Virus record (IMG/VR): IMGVR_UViG_3300037722_001025
Span: 29,022 to 93,021 of that record
Source of the DNA: a virus
Reading direction: 5' to 3' (one strand)
DNA length: 64,000 bases
This document shows, in pieces, positions 1 through 9,833 of the stretch; within the stretch, counting starts at the first letter, position 1; each line of letters opens with the position of its first letter. Made by a program: the position numbers and the translations under genes. Under the pieces are notes generated by a model. The model was not told the DNA's origin and did not search any database. It saw nothing but the letters and a program-made list of their open reading frames with translations.

Positions 1-218
1 ATTCAACTTGGCCCTATTTTTGTTAAGTTCCAAGGTCGGTGTGCGACTCGACCTATTTTAGATTCAGTATCTACGGTTACTGGTTCATATCCATCATACC
101 CATAAATACCAACTACAACTCCCTCCATATAATGACGAACTATTTCCCCTTCAATGCATTCTAGATACCATACCCATTTAACTTTGTCTCCTATAGAAAA
201 TCTAAGTTTTGGGGACAT

Positions 219-656
219 TTAGTTCTCCATTTTAATTTCTTGGTAACTTTTACCTAACCATCTTTTAACAGTATGCTTGTGAAAATTATATTTTCCCATC
301 AATTCCTTTAGTGAAGATGAAGCCAATACAACTGCCCTTACTGCTTCTTCAGTCCACGTAACTCCTGCAATTTGTCTATCTGGTAATGAAAATATTGGAT
401 CTTCTGTAACTTCCCTTTCAGAAAGAAAAGTAGAAAAACTTGGAGTTTTGACACCATTGATTTCGATTACAGCCAAACAGTTTGCACAGGAGGGTGATTT
501 TATACTTTGGTAAAAAGAGCATTGCTCAGAGGTAATTCTGGCACTGAGGGAACATCTCTTGCGCTCCTTGAGTAAAGTTGGGCAATGTTCATGGATTGCT
601 TCATAAGCTATTGGATCCATTACTTTATCCCTCCTTAAAAATTTTGGAAATATCAT
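219..656 (-). CDS. Hypothetical protein, Cys-rich N-terminal half with a possible C-terminal HTH (real start may be 620)
   Basis: 145-aa ORF in the leftward operon; AGGAGGG RBS before MDPIAY. Confidence 0.5.
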   Translation of the reverse strand: MIFPKFLRRDKVMDPIAYEAIHEHCPTLLKERKRCSLSARITSEQCSFYQSIKSPSCANCLAVIEINGVKTPSFSTFLSEREVTEDPIFSLPDRQIAGVTWTEEAVRAVVLASSSLKELMGKYNFHKHTVKRWLGKSYQEIKMEN

Positions 657-1256
657 TTACACTAGCAAATTCACCGTGATATTTTAAGGCAGCTTCATTA
701 TATACTTTTGCTGCTTCCTCCTTATTTTGAAAAAATCCTAAATTTATTCTTCTTCTTTCAATACTGATGCTAGCACACCATTTTCTTCTTTGATTATCCC
801 AAACAACTCCCTTGTAACCAGAAGTATTATTTTTATTAGTTGTTTTATTGTATAAATTTTCAGACCTAGTGCAAAATCTGAGATTTTTCTTCCTATTATC
901 TAGCCTATTTTTGTTAATGTGGTCAATTTCTAATTTACCAGCTATGGGTGTAAAATCCATTATTAAATTGTGTAATTTACCAATTATGTGATTAGATAGA
1001 TACCCTTGATCAATACACCATTTAAACCCTTACATTGTTCTAAATCCTCTAAATCTATAATACCATAACCTGTTATATTTCCGTGTATGTCATAACATTC
1101 AATATTTATAAAATCCTCTCTGATCAGAAAATTATTAGGATCCCGAATTGTTCTTTCTAATATTTTACCATGGTATTTAATTTGGTCATAATGCTTTTGG
1201 CAATAACCTTGAGTTCTGCTTTTATTATTGCATTTTTCAACTTTACAAAATTTCAT
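625..1256 (-). CDS. HNH homing endonuclease with AP2 domain, split into two frames (984-1256 and 625-960) at a -1 shift
   Basis: IDHINKNRLDNRKKNLR HNH motif and TSGYKGV...W.A.I....I.LG.F...EEAA..YN.AA..YHGEFA AP2 motif; the -1 frame from 1029 reads GFKWCIDQGY...KLHNLIMD straight into the HNH ORF. Confidence 0.85.
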
Positions 1257-1259
1257 GGT

Positions 1260-2255
1260 TTAACACTTGACCCCATGAACATAGTCACTAAGTTTCAGAC
1301 TCCCAGATTTCACACCATGAGCATCGATATGATGTGACCACACACATCCTGTACATTCAAATAGAGATTTAACCCCCCAATATTCGGAGAATTCCTCAAA
1401 TCTTTCATGCAATTCATTCAGGTAAAAATTTTTCTCCCCTTTTCTGTCCTGATAATCGTCGCAACAATATACTCGACCATCACAATCGACAGTTACCCAG
1501 GCAGGGAAGTCTGGCTCTTTTGCACAATGCCAATCATAATTTCGAATCAGTTGGTGATCATTTTCTTTGAGCATGGAGAGATACTTCTTGCTGGAATGAC
1601 AAAGGAAACCAGCATTTTTCATTTCCTCAACCTCTTCTAAAACTTCATCAAGAGCTGAAAAATCAGTAGGTCGGAAACTCAAATCCAAATCAACCGTCCT
1701 GACTTTGCTACCAGGTTGGCCCCTATCGTGATGAATGAGATCGAAGAATGTCCAGATGCCCATTTCTGACATCTGGTGAATTGTGAATGGTAAACTCATG
1801 AAATTATTTCTCGTAAGAGTGACAATTATGGCAACGTCTCTCACCCTACCCAGACGTTGGAAGAATTGGAGACCTCTTATTGCTTTGCTTGATTTTAAGG
1901 CACTATGCTGGTCAAGAGCAATCATGTCATAACTCATGGTAAGAGATTTTGCACCAGCCTTATGAAGTATCTCCAGCTTTCGCTTGAAGTCAGCAACAAT
2001 ACCACTTGATATGATGGTAGTGTGGATGCCTTGAGATTCTGTGTACCCTACTACTTCAGGAAGATTCTGAAAATCAGTCAGACATTCAGCTCCACAGAAG
2101 GCGGCGAAACCTGCCCCTAAAGCTTTGAGATTGTCTATCCCAGATTTCCAGAATTCAAGATTCTGGGAATTTCTTCTCCCATCTGCCATTGCACAATAGG
2201 AGCAGTGAACATTACAGGTTCGAGTCCACAGGATTTCAGCCTTAACTATCTGCAT
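1260..2255 (-). CDS. Radical SAM enzyme with SPASM/twitch-like C-terminal Cys cluster
   Basis: CNVHCSYC (CxxxCxxC) near the N-terminus; C-terminal HC...VDCDGRVYCC...CTGC; lies just downstream of folE. Confidence 0.85.
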   Translation of the reverse strand: MQIVKAEILWTRTCNVHCSYCAMADGRRNSQNLEFWKSGIDNLKALGAGFAAFCGAECLTDFQNLPEVVGYTESQGIHTTIISSGIVADFKRKLEILHKAGAKSLTMSYDMIALDQHSALKSSKAIRGLQFFQRLGRVRDVAIIVTLTRNNFMSLPFTIHQMSEMGIWTFFDLIHHDRGQPGSKVRTVDLDLSFRPTDFSALDEVLEEVEEMKNAGFLCHSSKKYLSMLKENDHQLIRNYDWHCAKEPDFPAWVTVDCDGRVYCCDDYQDRKGEKNFYLNELHERFEEFSEYWGVKSLFECTGCVWSHHIDAHGVKSGSLKLSDYVHGVKC

Positions 2256-2273
2256 AATAATTATCCTTTGGAT

Positions 2274-2876
2274 TTAAAGAGGTTTCATAGAGAGATGAAT
2301 GAGGGCCATTCCTTCAGCTCTAGTCACTCCATCCTCAAAAGAACCGTATACAGCAGAACTCACCATACCGGAATTATTGTATTGGCAAATTCCTCTGTTA
2401 GCCATACAACCATGAATAGCCCTCATAACTAGCATGGCTCCTCGGGGTTGCATGACTTCAACAAACCTATTAATTACTTGGTGACAGAGATTTTCTTGTA
2501 ATTGGGGGCGTGCTGAATAGTGAGCAATTAGTCTTGCAGGCTTAGAAGCACCGACCAATTCTGATCGAACATCAATAATATAGTCGCCGGGAATATATAA
2601 GAACCAAGCCTTACCTGAGAAGGGCAAGAAGTGATGAGAACAGACAGAGGAAAAATGAATATTATCCATCATTGTTATTTGATTGTATTTTTCAGAATTT
2701 GGGAATTTGGAGAACGATTCTTCGGGGAATTCTTTGTTGACCGTATTAAACAACTCGTTGCAGTACATTTTGGCTATTCGTTTAGGTGTGTCAATGAGGT
2801 TGGGATCCTCCATATCAAAACCTAATCCTTCAGACATAAGCAAACCAAAATACTTTTCAACTAAAGCTTGATTCAT
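2274..2876 (-). CDS. folE: GTP cyclohydrolase I
   Basis: DTPKRIAKMY, SVCSHHFLPF, GASKPAR, RPQLQE, HGCM..RG motifs. Confidence 0.95.
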   Translation of the reverse strand: MNQALVEKYFGLLMSEGLGFDMEDPNLIDTPKRIAKMYCNELFNTVNKEFPEESFSKFPNSEKYNQITMMDNIHFSSVCSHHFLPFSGKAWFLYIPGDYIIDVRSELVGASKPARLIAHYSARPQLQENLCHQVINRFVEVMQPRGAMLVMRAIHGCMANRGICQYNNSGMVSSAVYGSFEDGVTRAEGMALIHLSMKPL

Positions 2877-2958
2877 TTATTCCTCCAATATATTTAAATT
2901 CTCTTCTATTTTGATCATAACACGAAAAATAAAAACCTTGAAATTATTTTTTTTCCAC

Positions 2959-2993
2959 AAAAAGAGGTCAGAGTTGGTGTACTCTGACCTCTT
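2959..2993 (-). terminator. Rho-independent terminator
   Basis: 13-bp perfect stem AAGAGGTCAGAGT/ACTCTGACCTCTT ending in a T run on the minus strand, downstream of the 3020-3682 gene. Confidence 0.75.
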
Positions 2994-3019
2994 ACATTCA
3001 TGAGTTGCAAGTTAAATAC

Positions 3020-3682
3020 TTACTCGGCAGGCGCCGGATCAGCAGGGGCCGGGGCAGCAGGGGTTTCTTTCGTTCCGACGATACGCTCGACCTCGACAGC
3101 CGCTTCACCTTCGCCGACTTTCTCCTTCGTACGGGTGATCTTGACGCCTCTGTTGGCCTCGATAAATTTCACATGATTCGAAGCCCTGGACTGGGATACA
3201 CCAGCTTTTTCGACCATCTCAGCGATGGTGGTACCAGCGGCAACCAGTTCGTCCATCGTATTGGACAGGGAGCCTTTGACGGAGCCGAAGATGCCTTTTT
3301 CAATCGAAGAAGGCTTGCGCTCTTTGGGAGCTTTCGGGGGTTTCGGCTCTTTGACCGGCTTCGGTTCTTTGCCAGGTTTGGCTGCCTTCGGGGGTTTCGG
3401 CTCTTTGGCCGGTTTGGCTCCAGGAGAAACATCAGCTTTCACTTCGGGTTCCGGAGCAGGTGCTTCGTCGCCGAAAAGAAAATTGTACTGCTCAATCAGA
3501 TTGGTAGTCAGTTTTCCAGCAGCTTCTTCGCTGAGGGCATCGACAGCACTACCGAAAGACTGGGCAAGAACTTCCTTGCTGACGCCGATGACTTTCAGTT
3601 TTTCTTCAATAAGAGCTAGTTCGTTGAATTCCTTGACAGTTTCTTTTAGTTTGACGAAATCGATTTTGTCGGGGGCTACCAT
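3020..3682 (-). CDS. DNA-binding protein with histone-H1-like PAKEPK repeats and a C-terminal winged-HTH-like domain
   Basis: KEPKPPKA repeats; TIAEMVEKAGVSQSRASNHVKFI helix-turn-helix pattern; next to HU. Confidence 0.6.
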   Translation of the reverse strand: MVAPDKIDFVKLKETVKEFNELALIEEKLKVIGVSKEVLAQSFGSAVDALSEEAAGKLTTNLIEQYNFLFGDEAPAPEPEVKADVSPGAKPAKEPKPPKAAKPGKEPKPVKEPKPPKAPKERKPSSIEKGIFGSVKGSLSNTMDELVAAGTTIAEMVEKAGVSQSRASNHVKFIEANRGVKITRTKEKVGEGEAAVEVERIVGTKETPAAPAPADPAPAE

Positions 3683-3740
3683 AAAGCACTTCCTTTCTTA
3701 GATAGTTGTTGGGGTTAATAGAATACCGACAGAAAAATGA

Positions 3741-4016
3741 TTAATCCTGAACGTATTCTTTCAATTCTTTGGACGCCTTGAAATACGGTGCATTTTTGGC
3801 AGGAATCGTGAGAGCCTCTCCGGTCTGCGGATTTCGACCAGCTCGTTCTTCCCGCTTCTTGATACCGAAGCGACCGAAGCCGGCGACGTTTACATCTTCT
3901 TCTTGGTACATGCGCTCTTTGAGGACTTCAAAAACGGTGTTCACTACCGGGGTGACATCGACTTGAGTCCTGCTGGTAAGCTCAGCCACCTTTGCAATCA
4001 GTTCCGCTTTGTTCAT
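3741..4016 (-). CDS. hup: HU family nucleoid-associated protein
   Basis: MNKAELI, GFGRF, R.GRNPQTGE..IPA..P.FKASKELK. Confidence 0.95.
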   Translation of the reverse strand: MNKAELIAKVAELTSRTQVDVTPVVNTVFEVLKERMYQEEDVNVAGFGRFGIKKREERAGRNPQTGEALTIPAKNAPYFKASKELKEYVQD

Positions 4017-4160
4017 GTTGGCTCCTTTGGGGTAAATGCAAGTTTATGTTTCTAACTGCCTACATATTTACTATATCACAGAATTGCAGAAAAAAAAGAA
4101 AAAAATGCAATAAACGTTGATTTTTTTAAAAGGGTCTAAAATCTCTATGATTTCAGATAC

Positions 4161-4844
4161 TTAGAGGTCCTGATCTTCTTCCAAGGCAATAATTTTATGC
4201 AATTGGATATTTAGGACAACATCTTCCAATCGATATTTATCTATAAGGAGAACTAATTCCTTAGCTGTGATAGTTCCACCTTCCATCGGAGAGAAAGCAA
4301 ACCGAGCTTTGCACCCTAAAACCTGTAATTGTTGTTTATACCATATTGCTCTATCCATATCATAAAGACTTCCAATAACAAACTTAAAATAATCTTTATG
4401 GGATAAGCACATTTCATGGTAGTGTTTTATAGGTAAGGAGTGTTTTTTCCCTAACTTTATATCCACCACAAAAGTTGCAAGACCGGCTAACCCGAGAGAC
4501 GGTGCCCGAAAAGGAACTTCACCACTTGTTTCGATTGATATATAAAAACCTTCAATTGCAAGAGCTCTGATCAACAAAGTCAACTTTTTCATGTCTTGTT
4601 GAAGTGGTTCCCCTCCAGTTATGGTGATGTTCTTATTTCCTAACGCTATCACTCTAACCATGATATCATGAATACTCATATCTGTTCCTGATGCAGGGGA
4701 ATTGGCGTATTTAGTGTCACAATAAGGACATGCTATGGTACACCCAGCAAATCTGATGAACGTACAAAAACTACCTTGATTTCTATGACATACTTCACCA
4801 TTGATACTGGGAAAAATACTGTAAACCTTCATTATATCTGGCAT
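4161..4844 (-). CDS. queE: 7-carboxy-7-deazaguanine synthase (radical SAM)
   Basis: SIF.SINGE, FIRFAGCTIACPYCDT, TGGEP, IETSG, C-terminal QLHK; adjacent to queD. Confidence 0.9.
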   Translation of the reverse strand: MPDIMKVYSIFPSINGEVCHRNQGSFCTFIRFAGCTIACPYCDTKYANSPASGTDMSIHDIMVRVIALGNKNITITGGEPLQQDMKKLTLLIRALAIEGFYISIETSGEVPFRAPSLGLAGLATFVVDIKLGKKHSLPIKHYHEMCLSHKDYFKFVIGSLYDMDRAIWYKQQLQVLGCKARFAFSPMEGGTITAKELVLLIDKYRLEDVVLNIQLHKIIALEEDQDL

Positions 4845-4846
4845 CA

Positions 4847-5221
4847 CTACACCTCCCCATTCCATTCAGCAAAAGAGCCAGGGGATTCATACAGTCGAAC
4901 TCTTCGGAGAATAACTTCCGGATAACGTCCATTTAAACCATTTTTAAGATGTTCAGCAATGTTAACCAACATGAGTTCTGCTGTGGGATTAGAGTAGATT
5001 TCATTCAGATACCGATGATCCAACGCATCTATAACCAAAGCATAGACCATCTTTTTGAGGACCATAAAATCTAAAACCATTCCAGAATCTTCTTGAACAG
5101 GTCCCCAAACTTCTACTTCGAGAGTCCATTGGTGACCATGTAGATTCGCACAATGACCATCATAATTGGGTAATCTGTGGGCCGCATCAAAGGTGAAAGA
5201 TTTGCATACTGATAGGTTCAT
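4847..5221 (-). CDS. queD: 6-carboxy-5,6,7,8-tetrahydropterin synthase
   Basis: FDAAHRL, CANLHGH, GMVLDF, LDHRYLN, NPTAE, LYESP. Confidence 0.95.
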   Translation of the reverse strand: MNLSVCKSFTFDAAHRLPNYDGHCANLHGHQWTLEVEVWGPVQEDSGMVLDFMVLKKMVYALVIDALDHRYLNEIYSNPTAELMLVNIAEHLKNGLNGRYPEVILRRVRLYESPGSFAEWNGEV

Positions 5222-5232
5222 AATGCCTCCTG

Positions 5233-6756
5233 TTAATGACCTTTGTTAAAGTGAGAATCAAGATGAGTTTGACCAAGAGCCAGAGATTGAAGTATTGTGC
5301 AATTATCACCTTCATGAAATTCTTGGTGACGATGAGCTAATAAGGCAGTTCTAAGAACACCTCTCTTTTTTTCATCTTTCGTTTGATTTAATGCGGCAAA
5401 TACATCAACATGGGCTAACTTACCAATCCATTCTGCTAAGTCACTTTGATCCATATCAGCTTTGTATAATGATCCTCTGTTACCTTGACTTGCAGTAAAC
5501 CATAACATGTGTCTACGGGCAGCAAGCGCAGCATTTTGCTTCCATAAAGCATCGATTCCAAAACGCTCATCCCCACCTTTACTTGAATGTTTACAAATAT
5601 CAACATAGTCGAGAGCACCTACGTCGGGGATGAAGCCCTCCGTTTGCTCCAGTATGTCTAAATCTCTTTCGACATCATCTAAATCAGCAGAAAATCTAGG
5701 ATAACACATTATCCTGATATTATCACCACATGTTTTGACAAACGCCTTGACTTTCTTGTGTACATTCTTGGGGGTGAACTCAGGTTTCTCAATCGTTTCA
5801 AACCAGGTAGACATATCATATTGACCATCTTTTTTATCTTTGCAGTAGCAACAAACTTTATGGTTAATATCAGGTGAATAAGCAGGAATTGATTCTTTAC
5901 TTTCAGCAAGGGCAACACAGGTACCTGTACATGTTTTGAGGCTACAGATACCGAGTTGATTGTTGTAACAGTCAAATACAGGTATTGTTGCTTCAGTGGC
6001 ACCTGTAGGAGCATAGGCGGAGATTCTTTTCAAAATTCTTTCGTCCATTCCTACATCTTGCATCTCTAGAGAAACAAATACAGCCTTTAGTCCCAATACG
6101 GCTGCTACAATGACAGCTTCCTGCAACATCCACGTTTTCCCTCTCTTGAATGGAGCAAGGATAGCAACTAGCCAACCTCTTTGTAGGGGTCCATATAGTT
6201 CTCCTAAAGCCCCTGGGAATGTGAATATCCCTTGATTACGTTCATCAAATATGGCATTGACACTTTCAGTTGTAAGAGGGTTATGCCAGCGAGAAGTAAG
6301 TTTCATAACCTTTTTCATCTGGTTTAATTCTTCTTCTGCTTTATCAACTCTCCCTATATCTAGCATTTTTTGAGCAGTACTAACCCTAACTTCTATCTCC
6401 CTCTTTCTGAAATACAACAAGGCTTGGTCCAGTATGTACTCATCATTTATACCTTGATCTTCGGTGTATTTCTTGCTGAGATTTAAAAGGAATGTTTCGA
6501 TGATGTCAAGTTCAGCATCATCAAGGGTTTGTTTTTCAATAGTGAATATATCTTGGATGTGGTGTTTGGGAGCTTCCCCAAACTTGTCAAAGTAATCAAG
6601 CACCCACTTCATAATTACAGAAGCAAAGGTACTAACCATATATTTTCGGTCATATATGGGATATATTTCCTCAATAAATTTTGTGGAAATAATCGATGCT
6701 GTTAGAATGTTATTTTCAATGGAATTATCCACCGATCTACGAACAATTTTAGCCAT
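5233..6756 (-). CDS. DnaB-like (SF4) replicative helicase
   Basis: Walker A APFKRGKT, FVSLEM, LDYVD, TASQGNR; located in the replication module. Confidence 0.85.
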   Translation of the reverse strand: MAKIVRRSVDNSIENNILTASIISTKFIEEIYPIYDRKYMVSTFASVIMKWVLDYFDKFGEAPKHHIQDIFTIEKQTLDDAELDIIETFLLNLSKKYTEDQGINDEYILDQALLYFRKREIEVRVSTAQKMLDIGRVDKAEEELNQMKKVMKLTSRWHNPLTTESVNAIFDERNQGIFTFPGALGELYGPLQRGWLVAILAPFKRGKTWMLQEAVIVAAVLGLKAVFVSLEMQDVGMDERILKRISAYAPTGATEATIPVFDCYNNQLGICSLKTCTGTCVALAESKESIPAYSPDINHKVCCYCKDKKDGQYDMSTWFETIEKPEFTPKNVHKKVKAFVKTCGDNIRIMCYPRFSADLDDVERDLDILEQTEGFIPDVGALDYVDICKHSSKGGDERFGIDALWKQNAALAARRHMLWFTASQGNRGSLYKADMDQSDLAEWIGKLAHVDVFAALNQTKDEKKRGVLRTALLAHRHQEFHEGDNCTILQSLALGQTHLDSHFNKGH

Positions 6757-6821
6757 TCAAAAATTACTCCTTGACATTGCAGGGGTTTCTATTTCGAGCT
6801 TATCATCAAAATAAAAAACCT

Positions 6822-8195
6822 TTAAATTTTATTTTCCCACTCTTCAGTTAGTTTTACCCATTTGGAATCTAGTTGCCTTTTCAAGGATTTGAGTTTGTTA
6901 TTCTCTTCCTCCTTCGTCAAATTTGCATCATAAATCTTTTTAGCTTCGGCTCTATTCCAAAATCTGAGGTTATCAAATTCTTTCTTTCTTTGCACCTTCA
7001 TATCCTCTGACATCAGATCAGCAGAAGAAGAATGGTGAGCACCTAACATACCTATCTTTTTCAATTGAATGGGCATTCTACTAAGGAAGTGATTTTCAGT
7101 GATAAGCCAAGATACTTTAACAATTGACATATCAGTAACATTGGCTAGCAAGGAATCAATCATGTGGCGGGTAAAGAGTTTGGGATTGTCTCTTTCAAGG
7201 GGGCAGGAACTAAAATTAAGTTTATCCTTAATGTTGTTGAAATAATTAACCATTTTACTGGAAGCTTTAATCAGCATATTGTGTTCTTGAGGAGTAAACT
7301 GACAGTTATTAATTCTTTCTCGGTACTGTTTGGCAAGTTCTTTAGTTACCTCAGGATAAGCATCAAAAGCACATTTGGGCTGTTTGTCAAATTTACCAGT
7401 CAAATATTCCCAGTCATTGCAACATTCTATAAACCAGCTATCTACATCATGGAGTATATCATCCTCAGGCTTTCTGCCTGCATTAGCAACTACAATTCTT
7501 TCATTTATATGTTGGGAAAATTCAAAAAAATCAGGAAGTCCTACAAGATGACCTGGTGCTTTAAAATTCAACAAAGTGTTAGGATAGTTGATTAACCTAT
7601 GGTAGTGATACATTGCTTTCTTTATTTCTTCGATATCATACTTATTGGAGTATTTTACAAGGAGTTTTATTGATGTTTTGAAAACCTTTGTTTCAGGGTT
7701 TTCTTGATGCTTTTTTATAGGATTACCTAGACTGTTCCAATAGTTGAACAAGATTTCAACTTGTTTTGAAGGATAGATAGATTTAACCCGTCTCACAAGA
7801 GTTGGTTTGATTTCTTCTTTAAAAGGCACCCTTCTTCTTAATACCAAGGCATCGCACTTGCTTGTCAAGGGCGATTCTCTTTTGACTATAGAGTCTTTTT
7901 CTATAGGCAAAAGGCCTTGTTTTTTATGATTATATAAAAGCTTTTCAAGATCTGCGCGTATAGTACCATTGTCAGAATTACTGGACGTTTTGTGAGGATG
8001 TGTTGTGTTTTTATAGGGATCGGTTTTATTGGTATTTGAAGGCTTGTCGATTCTGAGGTTGTGGTATTCAAGGTATTCCATGACTTCCTGAGAAATAATT
8101 TCTCTGGTAGCCTGAATTTTTGTAATGGGTTGAAGTTCTTTTGTTATAGCATTTACTAATCCTGCGATTTGATAGTCTTTCAAACCATTAATCAT
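6822..8195 (-). CDS. Putative replication initiator / replisome organiser
   Basis: 457 aa, between primase and DnaB; low-complexity linker followed by a helical domain (VEILFNYWN); positional call. Confidence 0.45.
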   Translation of the reverse strand: MINGLKDYQIAGLVNAITKELQPITKIQATREIISQEVMEYLEYHNLRIDKPSNTNKTDPYKNTTHPHKTSSNSDNGTIRADLEKLLYNHKKQGLLPIEKDSIVKRESPLTSKCDALVLRRRVPFKEEIKPTLVRRVKSIYPSKQVEILFNYWNSLGNPIKKHQENPETKVFKTSIKLLVKYSNKYDIEEIKKAMYHYHRLINYPNTLLNFKAPGHLVGLPDFFEFSQHINERIVVANAGRKPEDDILHDVDSWFIECCNDWEYLTGKFDKQPKCAFDAYPEVTKELAKQYRERINNCQFTPQEHNMLIKASSKMVNYFNNIKDKLNFSSCPLERDNPKLFTRHMIDSLLANVTDMSIVKVSWLITENHFLSRMPIQLKKIGMLGAHHSSSADLMSEDMKVQRKKEFDNLRFWNRAEAKKIYDANLTKEEENNKLKSLKRQLDSKWVKLTEEWENKI

Positions 8196-8210
8196 AAACT
8201 CTCCTTAGGA

Positions 8211-8365
8211 AATAAAATACCCTTTGGTATGAGGACAATAGGGAATTTAGGATCAGCTGGTGATGAGTCAGCCTACAGGAAACCTATTGTCGCTCATATC
8301 AAAAGGCATTTTTATTATGCCTAAATTTTTAATCCTGTAGTGGTAGAAACATCAGGTCATCACTC
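8211..8365 (-). ncRNA. Structured RNA leader: long stem with inner hairpin, plus upstream complementary boxes (C4/CI-like)
   Basis: About 30-bp imperfect stem 8211-8242/8283-8316; loop segments are complementary to 8320-8327, 8333-8340 and 8357-8363. Confidence 0.55.
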
Positions 8366-8502
8366 CCGATAAAGTTGTATCTTTTCATGGTTAAAATAGT
8401 AATGTCAAGTAAAATATTTTTACCCTAATTTAATCATTGCCTAAGAAGTTAATCCGTATCACACCACATGATGACGAGAACTATTTCTCGTGGCTTCTCC
8501 TC

Positions 8503-9450
8503 TTAGGCAATATTCATTCCTATATCTCTTCTTAATTCCCATATTTCATCATCAGTCATTTTGTCTGGATCCCCATCAGATAATTCTAATACTTCTACTT
8601 CGGGAACGATACAAGAGACTTCATTTGCCATTTTGTGAGCATGTGTAATTGCCTCACCATCATCCTCTTCTCTACCATCAAAAAGAATAAATAATCTCCT
8701 TATTCCTTTTAGGAGGATTAATTGTTCAGTAGTGAATTGTGTTCCAAAGGTGCAAATGCCACCATCTCCAAATCTCCATACATCTAATAATCCCTCCATA
8801 GCCACAGCAGTATCCTTCACACTATCTATGTTATATAGGCAGTGTTTGGCTTGTAGAACACTTTTTTCAATTGGTGCATTTTTATAGGGAACCTCAAGTT
8901 TTCCCGTCGTGTCTCTCCCTACATACGTTACCAATTCCCCCTTCATGTAGACAGGAATAATCAATCTGAATTTCCAATCATCCAGAGTAGGTCCAACACC
9001 TAAAACATCATACTTTCTTTGAATTTTTATAGGGTCGTAACCTCTCCCTATGATGAATTTTTCATGAATAGGGAGAAGTTTTTCATTGGTGCAAGATGGG
9101 AATAAAACTTTTTCGGAAGGAGTCCTTATTTTCTTCACTAAATGTGCAAAGTTAGTTCGGACATATTTAGGCAGTGTAGTTATAGCCCTTTTAAAAGAGC
9201 AATTATCAATAGCCATTATGAGGTTAAGAACAGTGCCTTTCTTTTTACATTTCCAACAACTAATCTTCATTGTTTCCATGTTGACCCCGAAGTGATTCGA
9301 GGCATCTCGACAGAAAGGACAATTCATTCCAATCCATCCTGGTGAGATGTTCTTGCCTTCTGATGCCCAAATTACACCTCTATCATCAAGGTATTCTTGG
9401 ACATCGAAGAAATCTAGTTCAATGTCCTCATATACAGGTTTCTTTTCCAT
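8503..9450 (-). CDS. DNA primase (zinc finger + TOPRIM)
   Basis: CPFC....H......SCWKC zinc finger; MEGLLD, LFDG, DGDPD TOPRIM motifs. Confidence 0.9.
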   Translation of the reverse strand: MEKKPVYEDIELDFFDVQEYLDDRGVIWASEGKNISPGWIGMNCPFCRDASNHFGVNMETMKISCWKCKKKGTVLNLIMAIDNCSFKRAITTLPKYVRTNFAHLVKKIRTPSEKVLFPSCTNEKLLPIHEKFIIGRGYDPIKIQRKYDVLGVGPTLDDWKFRLIIPVYMKGELVTYVGRDTTGKLEVPYKNAPIEKSVLQAKHCLYNIDSVKDTAVAMEGLLDVWRFGDGGICTFGTQFTTEQLILLKGIRRLFILFDGREEDDGEAITHAHKMANEVSCIVPEVEVLELSDGDPDKMTDDEIWELRRDIGMNIA

Positions 9451-9833
9451 TTTCTTCAGATTATTCCCAAGAGGTTAATTCATAATCCTCATCATTATGT
9501 AATAAATCTACAAGTCCTTTATCAGTTCGAACTACTGCCCAATCATAACCAACAGCTTCAACTCTACCACACCTAGCAAAATCATAATGTCTTAGGTAAT
9601 TCAGATTCACTACACATCCTACCTTCAACTCATTTACTTTCATTTAATTTTCTCTCCAGATATTTTTTAATCCAATCAAGTCGAACTTGTTGACCGTACA
9701 ACTGACTTGTAGCCATAAATAGTCGTTTTTCATGTAATTTTATTTTTCCTTTTATATGACTAATATAAATTTCTGTATCCACTTTTGCCTTCTCAAGCTG
9801 TTCTTTATTTAGATGTTTTAGGTCACTCATAAT

